Source: Candidatus Sumerlaeaceae bacterium (GTDB lineage: Bacteria; Sumerlaeota; Sumerlaeia; Sumerlaeales; Sumerlaeaceae). From it: 64,000 bases of DNA. The notes under the pieces were generated by a model. That model saw only the letters and a list, made by a program, of their open reading frames with translations, was not told the DNA's origin and did not search any database. The translations under genes and the position numbers were made by a program. The stretch covers positions 224,998-288,997 of the forward strand of contig JBMFRB010000003.1 of assembly GCA_049968255.1 (NCBI GenBank), given 5' to 3'. Position 1 is the first letter of the stretch; every line of letters begins with the position of its first letter. This document shows positions 19,318 through 31,112 of this stretch, in pieces.

Positions 19318-22131
19318 ATGGCAGATCATCGGAAGGAGGATATATTGGGTTCGGGCGCCGGCGCTCACCGCAACGAAGAGATAAGCTCCGAAGCGCCGAC
19401 AGTGGAGCGTGCCACACCGGCGGACCTTGCCGCACCTGTCGAGTGGGCACGGGCTTTGCGCTCATACATCCCCACGCTGAAAATCGCCGAAGGAGGTTTC
19501 AGCGAAATTTGGGAAGCCGTGCAGGTAGAACTTGGCCGTGTGGTAGCCATCAAGCGCCTGAAGAAGCGTACGGACAAAACCGGTAAACCCAGCCCTATCG
19601 CCCCGCGTCATATCACGATGTTTCGCCAAGAAGCAGTCGTTGCGGCGCATCTCGAACATCCAAACATCCTTCCCGTCTACGACCTCGAATACGATGCGGA
19701 CGGCTTGCCATTTCTTGTCATGAAACGCGTGCGTGGCGAGCCCTGGGGCCAAGTGCTCAACCGCGATTTCGACACACTTGCTCCGCGAACATTTCTTGCC
19801 AAGCATCTGCCGATTCTTGTGGCGCTTGCGCGTGCTGTGGCCTATGCCCATTCCGAAGGCATTGTCCATCGCGACTTGAAACCCGCGCAGGTGATGATTG
19901 GGTCCTTCGGCGAAGTACTCCTCATGGACTGGGGACTTGCGATGGCCTATCCACGCCGCGTGGACGATCCCGACGCGCCACCATGGTTGCGCGACCCCAA
20001 CGCCCCCATCAATCGCCCGCTCAATCCCGCGGGTACGCCCACCTACATGGCGCCCGAGCAGACTGAATCCACCGTGCACAAGCTCGGCCCCTGGACCGAT
20101 GTCTATCTGCTCGGCGGCATTCTTTACCGCATTCTCACGGGCAGTCCACCGCACGTGGGCGCAGATGGCAGCAGTACCTTTAGGCTTGCCCAAGCCGGGA
20201 TTGTGGAACCGCCCACACGACTTGCCCCAGGGCGGGAGATGCCACCGGAACTCGTGGAACTTGCGATGAAGGCGCTCGAGCCCAAGCCAGAACACCGCTT
20301 GCAGAGCGCGGAAGAATTTCTCCAAGCGTTGGAAGATTATCTCATAGGTGCCGACAAACAGCGCGAATCGATCCTGCTCGCCATCAGCGCTCGCGATAGG
20401 CTTGCTGATTTGCAGGCGAATTACGACACGCTGGCAAACGCCATCAACTTCCTTGAGCGCGCGCTGGTGCTCTGGCCGGATAACATGGAGGCCGCACAAT
20501 GGCGGACTGAGGCGATCAAACGCTACGCGCGTCTTGCTATAACGAACAAAGACCTTAAACTGGCGCGCGTGCAAGCGGAGCGGCTGCCTGAATCCGATGA
20601 GCGGGCACAACTCCTCGACGAAATCTCGCGACTCGAGGCGATAGAAAGCCAGCGCGACGCCGAACTCGCCGTTGCGCACGAGCGCGTGCGCCAGGAGCGC
20701 AACCGCGCCGAGCACCTTGTCATTTTCCTCGTCGGCGACCTCACGCGTCAGCTCCGGCGCATCGGGCGTGTGGATATTCTCGCAGACCTATGCCAACAAA
20801 CGATCCAGTATCTGGAGAAACTTGCCACCGAGGATGAAGCGCCCGCCGTCTTGGTCGGCCGTGTCCAGGCATTTCTCAACATCGCGGATGTGGAGTTGGC
20901 TCGTGGCGATTCCGAGCGTGCCGCCCAGGCATGCCATCGTGCGCTAGAACTGCTGGCAAAAATTCCGTCGGAGCAGATTGACCTTTTGCAGCGGGAACTG
21001 TTTCGCGCCGAGTCGTGGAGACGGCTCGGTCATATTGCCTATCTTCAAGGCAAATACGACCAAGCCAAAACGGCTTACGAATGTGGGTGCGAGGCTCTGA
21101 AAAGCGCATCCGGGGTAGCTATTCCTGTTGCGGAGAAAGAAGCTTCCATGGCCATGCTCCTCCACGGTCTGGGAATTGTGTTATGGCGGCAACGGCGCTT
21201 TGAGGAGGCACTTGCTTATCACATTGAGGCAGAAACGCTCATAACGCGCTTGTGCCGCACCTTTCCCTCGAGCGAGCCATACGTGGAGACGCATGCGTCA
21301 GTTTTGGCGACTCTCGGCAACTGTTATCGGGACCTCGGCGAGCTCGAATTCGCGATATCGGTCACACAGGAAGCTCTTCGCCTGTGGGAACGACTCTATC
21401 GCTTGGATATGGGCAACCTGTCGCGTCTCAGCAACGTGCTGTGGGTGCGAAACAATCTGGCGTTACTCCTTCTTCTCAAGGGGGATCAGAGCGGGGCCAA
21501 ATCGTTGTTCCTGGCCAACCGGGATGCGGCGTCACGCCTGATCGAGCACGATCCCGAGAATCTTCAGTACGTGCGCGATCTGGGCTTCGCCCTGAGCATC
21601 GCAGGAGAGATCAGCTACATGCAGGGGGCGCTGGAGGAAGCCCGCGCCCTGCTTCAGGAAGCCTTGGTTGTCGCCAAAGAGATCCTCAGCCGAGAACCAG
21701 AATCCATTTATGCGGGCAATGGAGTTGCCCGTGCGCATGGGCAACTCGGAGAAGTCTTGCTTGCGATTGGCGATCAGCCTGCAGCCACAGATCATCTGCG
21801 CGCGGCACGCGATAAGTCCGGCGCTATGCTTGAGCGCGCACCTGAAAACATCAACGCAGTGAAAACGTGGGTGCGCGCGACACTTTTGCTCACGCTCCTA
21901 GGCAAAGCTCCCACCACCCCGATGGAAAAATTGTACGCCGAGGTCCGCCAGTCCCTCTCCCAAATTACAGCGCCATGCGATGAACTCGATCGCTGGGATA
22001 ATGAAGCCGCCTTCGCTCTGGCCTGTGGCGATCTGGATAAAGCCCGGGAGTTCATGGACAAGCTTGCCAAGCGAAACTGGTTGGCTCCCGCACTTGTCCG
22101 ACTGGCCTGTGCTCAGGGCGGTCCTGCTTGA
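19318..22131 (+). CDS. Hanks-type Ser/Thr protein kinase with C-terminal TPR region
   Basis: IAEGGFSEIW, VAIKRL, HPNILPVYD, HRDLKPAQV, MDWGLA, GTPTYMAPEQ, DVYLLGGILY; TPR-like helices after ~aa 520. Confidence 0.9.
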   Translation: MADHRKEDILGSGAGAHRNEEISSEAPTVERATPADLAAPVEWARALRSYIPTLKIAEGGFSEIWEAVQVELGRVVAIKRLKKRTDKTGKPSPIAPRHITMFRQEAVVAAHLEHPNILPVYDLEYDADGLPFLVMKRVRGEPWGQVLNRDFDTLAPRTFLAKHLPILVALARAVAYAHSEGIVHRDLKPAQVMIGSFGEVLLMDWGLAMAYPRRVDDPDAPPWLRDPNAPINRPLNPAGTPTYMAPEQTESTVHKLGPWTDVYLLGGILYRILTGSPPHVGADGSSTFRLAQAGIVEPPTRLAPGREMPPELVELAMKALEPKPEHRLQSAEEFLQALEDYLIGADKQRESILLAISARDRLADLQANYDTLANAINFLERALVLWPDNMEAAQWRTEAIKRYARLAITNKDLKLARVQAERLPESDERAQLLDEISRLEAIESQRDAELAVAHERVRQERNRAEHLVIFLVGDLTRQLRRIGRVDILADLCQQTIQYLEKLATEDEAPAVLVGRVQAFLNIADVELARGDSERAAQACHRALELLAKIPSEQIDLLQRELFRAESWRRLGHIAYLQGKYDQAKTAYECGCEALKSASGVAIPVAEKEASMAMLLHGLGIVLWRQRRFEEALAYHIEAETLITRLCRTFPSSEPYVETHASVLATLGNCYRDLGELEFAISVTQEALRLWERLYRLDMGNLSRLSNVLWVRNNLALLLLLKGDQSGAKSLFLANRDAASRLIEHDPENLQYVRDLGFALSIAGEISYMQGALEEARALLQEALVVAKEILSREPESIYAGNGVARAHGQLGEVLLAIGDQPAATDHLRAARDKSGAMLERAPENINAVKTWVRATLLLTLLGKAPTTPMEKLYAEVRQSLSQITAPCDELDRWDNEAAFALACGDLDKAREFMDKLAKRNWLAPALVRLACAQGGPA

Positions 22132-22209
22132 TTCTTTCGCGTATTCTGCAGTAAAAAACAAGGATCTCGCGATTTGCTCAATAGTTTGCTCGTTCCGACG
22201 GGGTGCACG

Positions 22210-23577
22210 ATGGGAACGTTGCGGTTGCTGTCGGTCACGGAAAAATTCAAAGCACTCATCACTTGGGCCGAGCGCTCGCCCGTGCGTGCGCTGGCGGCTT
22301 TGTGGCTTGTCCTTGCGATTGTGGTGAGCACCGGGGATGCACTCACCGGCAGTACGCGGCGCGACTTCACATCCTATTCATTGGCGGCCGCGCGCACGAT
22401 GTACCAGGGGGGCAATCCCTATTCACGCGAGGATGCGAAAACAAGTTATAAGTACTTGCCACTCAACGCGACGTTGCTCTGGCCATTCACGAGAATGCCC
22501 GTGGCGTTGGCCCAAGGCATGTGGACGGCAACGAATGTCGTGCTCCTTGCGGTTTGCCTTTGGGCGCATAGGCGCCTGTGGGCACATGAACTCTGTGTTC
22601 CGTGGTGGGTCTGGGCGGTAGCTTTGGCCGTCGGACTTCGCTTCTTCGTGAAAAACATTCGCTTGGGTCAGTGGAATACTTCGGTTTATTGTCTGTCGTT
22701 TTTGGGGCTCACAGTCCTCTATCGGGGCCGAGCATGGCTCGGCGGTGCGCTGCTGGCACTAGCAGCAGCCCTCAAATATATGCCAAGTTTTTTCGTCGTG
22801 CTTCTGGGACTAGAACGCCGGTGGCGTGCGATGGCCATCGTTGTCCTTGCCTATGTGGGGTGGGTCTTTGTGCTCCCGACAATTGTTCATGGCCCGTCGC
22901 GCCACCTGGAGTTGCTTGCCCTTTATCGCCAGAAAGCGGCCAAGAGTTACAACCATATGCTCGACGGCGACTACACGTCAAGCTTGTCGTTGCGCTCGAC
23001 CGTCATGCGTTTGACATCGCCGATCAAATCGCGTCTCCCCAATCCCGACGCCTATGATTTCACGATTGTTCTTTTGCCAAAAGCAACAGCGCGGCTCCTT
23101 AGCGAAGCCGTGGCCCTGGTGGTGTTTCTCGCCACAGTTGGGGCATCATGGTATATTCTCCGGCGTCAAGCTTCGCTGCGTGCCGAATCACGTCCCGAGT
23201 CCGCGTCTTTTGATAATCCGCTTGGCGCGATGCAGCAACTTCTCCTGATCGGCCTTTGGTATACCATGCTGCTTATGATCAGTCCCGAGACGCGCACGCC
23301 TCATTTCCTCACTCTTTTCACGCCTGCCTTCGCCCTCAGCTTGGTATTAGCAAATTGGCGCTGGCATGCTGCTCGGCGGGCATTGGTTGCCCTGCTGCTC
23401 GGCGCGGCGACCGTTTTCTTGCTTGCCACAGCGGAAATTTCCGAGAAAGCGCGGTATCATCTTATCGCCAGTGGACTCGGTGCTTACGCCTGGGCGCAAG
23501 TGGCCATGTGGCTTGCCTGTCTCTTCGCCCTCAGCGTCGTGTCGCAAGTCCCCCGTGACAGCGACGGGAAAGAGTAG
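22210..23577 (+). CDS. GT87/DUF2029-like membrane glycosyltransferase (GT-C)
   Basis: RDFTSY..AA..GGNPY, YKYLP, NIRLGQWN, LAAALKYMP; about 10 hydrophobic segments. Start 22174 or 22210. Confidence 0.78.
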   Translation: MGTLRLLSVTEKFKALITWAERSPVRALAALWLVLAIVVSTGDALTGSTRRDFTSYSLAAARTMYQGGNPYSREDAKTSYKYLPLNATLLWPFTRMPVALAQGMWTATNVVLLAVCLWAHRRLWAHELCVPWWVWAVALAVGLRFFVKNIRLGQWNTSVYCLSFLGLTVLYRGRAWLGGALLALAAALKYMPSFFVVLLGLERRWRAMAIVVLAYVGWVFVLPTIVHGPSRHLELLALYRQKAAKSYNHMLDGDYTSSLSLRSTVMRLTSPIKSRLPNPDAYDFTIVLLPKATARLLSEAVALVVFLATVGASWYILRRQASLRAESRPESASFDNPLGAMQQLLLIGLWYTMLLMISPETRTPHFLTLFTPAFALSLVLANWRWHAARRALVALLLGAATVFLLATAEISEKARYHLIASGLGAYAWAQVAMWLACLFALSVVSQVPRDSDGKE

Positions 23578-23719
23578 AAAAAGTTCTTGGCAACTTCAGA
23601 TTTTTCTTCGTTGCCAGAAATGCTCTGGTAACCATGTCCACTCAGGTCGTCGCGGCGTGTCCTGTTATTTTGGCAGGGCATGTCGGCGACGTCACACATT
23701 CTGAGAGAGGAGGCGATCT

Positions 23720-25102
23720 ATGCTCGGATTGCTTCTCAAGCCGGAAATTGAACAACTTATTCAGGAAGGCAACTTCGCGGTTCTTCGCGACGCTCTCTCG
23801 GAGCTTCCGCCTGCTGATGTGGCAGACGCACTCGTCGATTTGCCACCAGAACAAAGCGCGATTGTCTTTCGCATTTTGCCGCGCGCTCTAGCGGCCGAAG
23901 TCTTCGACTTCCTTCCCACTGATGCTCAAGAAGCCATTCTCAAGGCGATGGCGGATCGCGACGTCAGCGAGCTGCTCGATGCCATGGCTCCCGACGACCG
24001 CACGCGCCTGCTCGAGGAACTCCCGGCTTCCGTCACGCGCCGCCTCATGGATCTTCTCAGCCCCGAGGAATTAGCAGTCGCCAAGACGTTGCTCGGCTAT
24101 CCGCCCCACAGTGTCGGGCGCCGCATGACGCCAGATTACCTTGCGGTGCCGGACAATTGGAATGTTGGCCAAGTGATCCGTTTCATTCGCCAGCATGGCA
24201 AAAACAAAGAAACACTCAACGTCATCTATGTTACCGACGAGCGAGGTGTTCTGCGTGGCGATGTGACGATTTCTGACCTCCTGCTTGCAGCCGACGAGAC
24301 GCCAGTTATAGAAATTGTCGACGAAAGCGTTCCGCGTTTGCTGGCCACCGACGACCAGGAAAAAGCGGTCGAAATGTTTGGCCGTTACCGGCGCGACGCG
24401 CTACCCGTTGTCAGTTCCGACGGCGTCTTGCTGGGCATCATCACGGTGGACGACGTGCTTGATGTGGCCCAGGAAGAGGCAACGGAGGATATTCACAAAA
24501 TCGGTGGTACGCTGGCGATCGATGAGCCTTACTTGCGCGTGGATATTCGGACGATGGTGCTCAAGCGTGCGCCGTGGCTTGTCATCCTTTTCCTCAGCGA
24601 AATGCTCACTTCCACCGCCCTTTCCTTCTATGAACATCAAATTGCCAGTGTGGCCGCTCTTGCCTTCTTCATCCCGTTGATTATTTCCAGCGGTGGCAAC
24701 TCGGGCAGTCAGGCCGCCACGCTGATCAATCGCGCTCTGGCCCTCGGCGAAGTCACAGTGCGCGACGTGTGGGCCGTATTTCGGCGCGAGGTCACAGCTG
24801 GCGCGTTCCTTGGTATTCCGCTCGCTGTCATTGTCTTTTTGCGCATTGTTGTTTGGCATTGGCTCGCGCCTGAAAAACTCGGCCCCATCTGGTTCTCGCT
24901 TGCCATCATTGTTGGCCTCTCGGTGATCGCTGTGGTGTTATGGGGCAATCTGATAGGATCACTCCTGCCGCTGCTTTTTAAAGCTATCGGTGTAGATCCA
25001 GCAGTAACGTCTGCGCCCTTCGTGGCCACACTCGTGGATGTTACCGGCATCATCATCTATTTTACCGTTGCAACTTGGGTCTTGGGAGGTATGCTACACT
25101 AG
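23720..25102 (+). CDS. mgtE: Magnesium transporter MgtE
   Basis: MgtE N-domain, CBS pair (GRRMTP, GIITVDDV), SSGGNSGSQAA, DPAVTSAPFVATLVDVTG; RBS GGAGG upstream. Confidence 0.95.
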   Translation: MLGLLLKPEIEQLIQEGNFAVLRDALSELPPADVADALVDLPPEQSAIVFRILPRALAAEVFDFLPTDAQEAILKAMADRDVSELLDAMAPDDRTRLLEELPASVTRRLMDLLSPEELAVAKTLLGYPPHSVGRRMTPDYLAVPDNWNVGQVIRFIRQHGKNKETLNVIYVTDERGVLRGDVTISDLLLAADETPVIEIVDESVPRLLATDDQEKAVEMFGRYRRDALPVVSSDGVLLGIITVDDVLDVAQEEATEDIHKIGGTLAIDEPYLRVDIRTMVLKRAPWLVILFLSEMLTSTALSFYEHQIASVAALAFFIPLIISSGGNSGSQAATLINRALALGEVTVRDVWAVFRREVTAGAFLGIPLAVIVFLRIVVWHWLAPEKLGPIWFSLAIIVGLSVIAVVLWGNLIGSLLPLLFKAIGVDPAVTSAPFVATLVDVTGIIIYFTVATWVLGGMLH

Positions 25103-25157
25103 CAGCAGTTGGAGTCGCCGTCGCCCAAGAAATGGCGGCCAAGAGGGGGAGCCAACA

Positions 25158-26018
25158 ATGAACGACACCGGCGAGGAACTCTTGAGCAAGGCCGCCAGAG
25201 CGTTGGCGGAGGCTGATGCCCTCTTTATCGCAGCGGGCGCGGGCATGGGCGTGGACAGCGGCTTGCCCGATTTTCGAGGTGCCACCGGTTTTTGGCGGGC
25301 CTATCCCCCGCTTGCACGGCTGGGCTTAGGCTTTGAAGACATTGCCAATCCCCTGTGGTTCCGCACCGACCCCCATCTGGCGTGGGGATTCTACGGCCAC
25401 CGCCTTATGCTTTATCGGCAACGGACGCCACATGCCGGCTACCAAATTCTCCTCAGATGGGCAAAAGCAAAACCAGTCGGATACTTTGTATTCACCTCGA
25501 ATGTGGATCGCCACTTTGCGCGAGCTGGTTTTTCCGAAGAGCGGATTGTCGAGTGCCACGGCAGCATCGAGCATTTGCAGTGCGTGGAACCGTGCACCCA
25601 CGATTTGTGGGAAGCGCTAGCCGAGGGCATTGTGGTGGACGAACACACTATGCGTGCTGCGGATCCTCTTCCGCACTGCCCCCGATGTGGAGAGCTCGCG
25701 CGTCCTAACATCCTCATGTTCTGCGATTGCCACTGGGTCGAGGACCGGACGGCGGCGCAACGGCACCGACTCGACCAATGGTTCAACACGGTTTTCCACG
25801 GTGGAGCTAAGGTCGCAATCATCGAACTCGGAGCAGGCCCCACCGTTCCCACCGTGCGTTGGACGTGCGAATCCCTCATGCGTGCGGTGGGTGCCCCCTT
25901 GATCCGCATTAATCTTCACGACGCTGAGGGCCCACCGGGTTGCATCTCGCTGGCAGGTGGGGCGCTCGCCATCCTCGAGCAGCTGGATTCGAAGCTTGCT
26001 GCTGAAGGATCCCGCTGA
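25158..26018 (+). CDS. Sir2-family NAD-dependent deacylase
   Basis: GAGMGVDSGLPDFRG, TSNVD, ECHGS, Zn Cys pairs (CVEPC, CPRCG), RPNILMF; ATG at 25158 after GAGGGGGAG. Confidence 0.9.
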   Translation: MNDTGEELLSKAARALAEADALFIAAGAGMGVDSGLPDFRGATGFWRAYPPLARLGLGFEDIANPLWFRTDPHLAWGFYGHRLMLYRQRTPHAGYQILLRWAKAKPVGYFVFTSNVDRHFARAGFSEERIVECHGSIEHLQCVEPCTHDLWEALAEGIVVDEHTMRAADPLPHCPRCGELARPNILMFCDCHWVEDRTAAQRHRLDQWFNTVFHGGAKVAIIELGAGPTVPTVRWTCESLMRAVGAPLIRINLHDAEGPPGCISLAGGALAILEQLDSKLAAEGSR

Positions 26019-26030
26019 GCCCAACTTCGT

Positions 26031-26050
26031 GTGGCGGCCGCCACTTTTTT
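26031..26050 (+). terminator. Intrinsic terminator after the sirtuin gene
   Basis: GTGGC-GGCC-GCCAC hairpin followed by TTTTTT, 12 nt after the stop. Confidence 0.7.
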
Positions 26051-26204
26051 GACCGATTTTGGCGATCCCTGGGCATAGAAAACAGCTTTTCATCATTTCT
26101 TGGCTTGACCCTCGACAGCGAATTGCCTTGATTGCGACATGAATCATGGGTTACCCTAGAGCGGTTTTAGTGAGTTGACGATTCGGTAAACAGGAGCAAC
26201 AGCA

Positions 26205-27344
<1,140 letters not shown>

Positions 27345-27529
27345 AAGCGCGCTTCGGGTCTTTATCTTCTCACTAGCTTTTGAGAAAGAAAACATGCATG
27401 CCACAGCGAACGACGCGTTTCTCGAATGGGGTTGACCATTCGTGGCCGCCGTGCGTAGCTCAATCTTTTTTCACATCATCGAGGCTCACTCAAACGCGAC
27501 AGCCGGTTTTCCGGGAGCGCCTACTCCGC

Positions 27530-29317
27530 TCATTGTTCCTCGCGGCACAACCCTTGAAGATATTTTGCTATCTCCGCCGCCGGAGCTGCCCTACCGAATA
27601 GAAAACCTTGAGCAAACTGGCACCCCGTAGCTTCCAGGAATTGCGCCTGTTCCTCGGTTTCCACGCCCTCGGCCACAACCTTGAGTTGGAGATGGTCGCT
27701 TAGCCCAACGATCGTCCGTGCGATCCCTTCTGCCTCGGCGGTTCCCGGCACGGAACGGACGAAGGAGATATCCATTTTCAATAGGCGGATCGGCAAGTGC
27801 GCGAGGTAACCTAGAGCCGAGTAACCAGTTCCAAAATCGTCAAGGCATGGCGCCACGCCCAGATTGGCTAAGTCGGTGAGAACCTTTTTGGCCTGCTCCA
27901 AATCAGCGAACATGAGCGTCTCAGTCACCTCGATTTTCAACTGCCACGGATCAAGCTTGGTATCTTTGAGAATTTGCTCAATTTCTTTCACGAACCCAGG
28001 CTGAAGAACGTGGCGCGGAGAGAAGTTGACGCTCACCCAAAGCGGCGTTTTGCGAAGCGTTGGCATCTCTTCGAGCCACTGGCGGAGTTGCTGGCAAGCA
28101 CGCTGGCAGACGTAATAGTCCAGCGCACAAATGAGCCCCGAGTCTTCGGCCACCGGGATAAATTCCGAGGGGGAGATAGGCCCTTTTTCAGGATGCATCC
28201 ACCGCACCAGAGCCTCTAAGCCGACCACCTGCGTATCGGTCAACCGCACGATCGGCTGGTAATAGACTTCGAGTTGTCGCTCTTCTAGGGCGCTTCGCAA
28301 ATCACGTTCGAGCTCGAGTGTGCGGAGCGCCGCCTCATGAAGTTTCTGGTCATAAATCACGCAGCTCCCGGGCCCCTCGCGTTTTGCTTTGCCCACCGCG
28401 AGTTCAGCCTCTGCCAAGACCTGACTCGGCTCTGGAAAAGGTGGGCGCAGAAGTACAATTCCAATGCTCGAGGAAAGCCTGAGTGACTGCCCCATAATGA
28501 AAAAGGGGTGATCGAACGTGTCGGACAGCCGCTCGGCAATCCGCAATGCTTCCGCTTCGTCGTCGAAGCCTTCCACCAACACGGCGAATTCGTCGCTGCC
28601 GAGGCGCGCGACGGTGTCCGATGGTCGCACCACCGCTCGGAAACGCGCCGCGATTTCTCGCAGGACCGTGTCGCCGCCAGCGACTCCAACGATGTCATTG
28701 ACACGTTTGAACTGGTCAACGTCAGCAAACAGAAGCGCGGCCCCGATTTCTGGCGCTCGTTCCAACCTCCGCACGCACTGAGCAAGGCGATCGAGAAAGA
28801 GCATGCGATTGGCAATATTGGTCACCGGATCGGTCAACAACTGCTGTTTGTACCTTTCTTCAAGCAGCTTGTGTTCAGTAATTTCGCGGATGACCACGAC
28901 GACGCCGCAAAAGCGCCCACCCAAAGTTCTAGGACTCACGCGCGCGCTGTACCACCGGCGGCCGTCGGGCATGTCGAGGGGGTAGGAGTACTCGGAAAGT
29001 TCGCCACGCTTGGCTCGCTCGAAGGCCGGATCAAAAAGCGCACAAAGCTCCGGCGGCATAACCTCATTGTGCATTCTGCCAATAAAAACGGAGGGACTTA
29101 GGTACAGACCAGGTCCCGACGTGTGATACGTCAAAAACCTTCCTTGCTCATCGAGGACAAACACGAGACCCGGCAAGGCGTTCAACAGCGCTTCGAAGTT
29201 CGCTTGACAATCCGCTAGCTGTTCCTGCAACTCCTTGGCACTCTGGGGGGTGTTGGCTGTCTCTTTTGCAATCTTTGGCTCTTTATCGCCGTCGAAACCG
29301 TTCTGTGAGTTATTCAC
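27530..29317 (-). CDS. PAS-GGDEF-EAL c-di-GMP signalling protein
   Basis: PAS domain; TDPVTNIANR, RPSD (I-site), RLGSDEF; EALVRW, EVTE, DDFGTGYS, EGVE, QGF. GTG at 29317 follows AGGAAAGGGGG. Confidence 0.92.
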   Translation of the reverse strand: MNNSQNGFDGDKEPKIAKETANTPQSAKELQEQLADCQANFEALLNALPGLVFVLDEQGRFLTYHTSGPGLYLSPSVFIGRMHNEVMPPELCALFDPAFERAKRGELSEYSYPLDMPDGRRWYSARVSPRTLGGRFCGVVVVIREITEHKLLEERYKQQLLTDPVTNIANRMLFLDRLAQCVRRLERAPEIGAALLFADVDQFKRVNDIVGVAGGDTVLREIAARFRAVVRPSDTVARLGSDEFAVLVEGFDDEAEALRIAERLSDTFDHPFFIMGQSLRLSSSIGIVLLRPPFPEPSQVLAEAELAVGKAKREGPGSCVIYDQKLHEAALRTLELERDLRSALEERQLEVYYQPIVRLTDTQVVGLEALVRWMHPEKGPISPSEFIPVAEDSGLICALDYYVCQRACQQLRQWLEEMPTLRKTPLWVSVNFSPRHVLQPGFVKEIEQILKDTKLDPWQLKIEVTETLMFADLEQAKKVLTDLANLGVAPCLDDFGTGYSALGYLAHLPIRLLKMDISFVRSVPGTAEAEGIARTIVGLSDHLQLKVVAEGVETEEQAQFLEATGCQFAQGFLFGRAAPAAEIAKYLQGLCREEQ

Positions 29318-29736
29318 GGAATAGCCCCCTTTCCTCACTCCTGGTTGCAGTAAAAAACGAACTTTTTTCGTTGAGCTAATGGCGAGGCAAAGGAGATCCC
29401 CCTTGTCGCCGAGATCCACCTTGTCGGGCCATCAGCTCACTGCATTTGCGCTACGTCATAGGCAATGAAATTCTTTATAGTTCAATGGGAAAATGCGAGT
29501 TTGAGCATGTGTTTTTTTGTTTTTTCGCCAAAAAAACTAGCGGATCTCCTTGGGTGGTCATTTTTATTGCTTCGAGACAAAATGTCTTTCCTAAAGAGCC
29601 GCAAGGGACCAAGTAATTACTTTCACGAATAAAAACGTTCCAAGCTCTTACGCTGATAAAGGACTGGGCTTGACGCGCTTTGTTTGTGCTCCGCTGCTTG
29701 ACTCAGTTCAATTTCAGGAAAGGAAGGTTTCTCGCT

Positions 29737-30768
29737 ATGCCTCTCGTTCCAATGCGGATTCTTCTCGATCACGCGGCTGAACATGGTTATGGCCTGGCCG
29801 CACTCAACGTCAACAACATGGAGCAGATCCAGGCCATTATGGCCGCGGCCGAAGAAACAAATTCTCCGGTCATCATCCAGGCGTCGCGAGGTGCACGTGC
29901 TTACAGTCAGGATGCTTACTTGCGTCACCTCATCTTGGCGGCGGCTGAACTGCATCCGCGAATTCCCATCGCGATGCACCTCGATCACGGCAACGAGCCA
30001 GCCACGTGCTACAGCGCGATTGCCCAGGGCTTTACGTCGGTCATGATGGACGGCTCGCTCATGCCGGACGGAAAAACGGTGGCCTCTTACCAGTACAACG
30101 TCAAAGTCACTCGCGAGGTGGTGCTCGTGGCCCACGCACTCGGCGTGACCGTTGAGGGGGAGGTCGGTGCGCTCGGCGGTATCGAAGACGGCCATGGGGC
30201 TGGTCTCGACGAAGAGAAGGCCAAGGAGCATCTCACAGATCCGACGCAGGCTGAACAATTTGTGGCTGAAACCGGTGTTGACGCGCTCGCCGTCGCTATT
30301 GGCACCAGCCACGGCGCCTACAAATTCAAGAAGCCCCCGACAGGCGATGTTCTGCGCATTGACCTGGTGAAAGAGATTCATCGCCGTCTCCCAAATACCC
30401 ACCTCGTTATGCACGGCTCTTCCAGTGTGCCGCAGGAGCTCGTCGAGATCATCAACAAGTATGGAGGCGCCCTCAAACCATCGTTTGGCGTTCCCATCGA
30501 GCAGATTCAGGAAGCCATCAAGCACGGTGTGCGCAAAGTCAATGTGGACACCGATAACCGTCTGGCCATCACGGGAGCTATCCGTAAGGTCTTTGCGGAG
30601 ACCCCGGAAAAATTCGACCCGCGCGATTACCTGAAGCCTGCACGCGAGGCAATGAAGGAAGTCTGCAAGGCGCGCATGATCGCCTTCGGTCAGGCCGGCT
30701 GGGCTGACAAAGTGAAGGCCATTTCGTGCCGTGAAATGATCTCCTTCTACGTGAGCAAGCAGAGCTAA
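29737..30768 (+). CDS. fba: Class II fructose-bisphosphate aldolase
   Basis: HLDHG, SVMMDGS, VEGEVG, AIGTSHGAYKF, LVMHGSS, VRKVNVDTD, FDPRDYLKP; ATG at 29737 after AGGAAGG. Confidence 0.95.
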   Translation: MPLVPMRILLDHAAEHGYGLAALNVNNMEQIQAIMAAAEETNSPVIIQASRGARAYSQDAYLRHLILAAAELHPRIPIAMHLDHGNEPATCYSAIAQGFTSVMMDGSLMPDGKTVASYQYNVKVTREVVLVAHALGVTVEGEVGALGGIEDGHGAGLDEEKAKEHLTDPTQAEQFVAETGVDALAVAIGTSHGAYKFKKPPTGDVLRIDLVKEIHRRLPNTHLVMHGSSSVPQELVEIINKYGGALKPSFGVPIEQIQEAIKHGVRKVNVDTDNRLAITGAIRKVFAETPEKFDPRDYLKPAREAMKEVCKARMIAFGQAGWADKVKAISCREMISFYVSKQS

Positions 30769-31068
30769 TCCACATCGGACATGCGTGCTTTGCCGCTCAG
30801 CGCGGCAGGTCGGATGTTTCGGGGCTGACGTGCTTGGCTTCGCGGTGCCTCCGGCTAAGCGTGCCATCGCCGCGGGCGCTAGACGAAAGCGCGTTGACGC
30901 CATCGGCATTTCTCAAAATGCGTGGTCGAACGTTGCTCGTCGCATATCCTGGGCGCCGACAGTGGTGAGGGTCCAAGGATGGAGGGGTTGCGGTGACGCG
31001 CAGGCGCGAGCGCCGGCACGAGAATATTGGCGCACGTCGCGCTTGCTCACACGCCTAAGAAGCGCTTC

Positions 31069-31112
31069 GCCGTGGCGAGGGACGGGAGTCCCTCCCACGG
31101 CTTTTTGTTTTT
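31069..31112 (+). terminator. Long GC hairpin with U-tract (terminator-like, possibly REP-like) between convergent genes
   Basis: GCCGTGG..GAGGGAC-GGGA-GTCCCTC-CCACGGC followed by TTTTTGTTTTT. Confidence 0.55.

Noticed and set aside
19462-20715. 417-aa minus-strand ORF
   Set aside because: Antisense shadow of the Ser/Thr kinase; no motifs.
29420-29736. c-di-GMP or other riboswitch in the AT-rich region between the GGDEF-EAL gene and fba
   Set aside because: No recognisable aptamer consensus by eye; most simply a divergent promoter region. An Rfam scan would settle it.
29623-30909. 428-aa minus-strand ORF
   Set aside because: Antisense shadow of fba, typical of biased high-GC codon usage.
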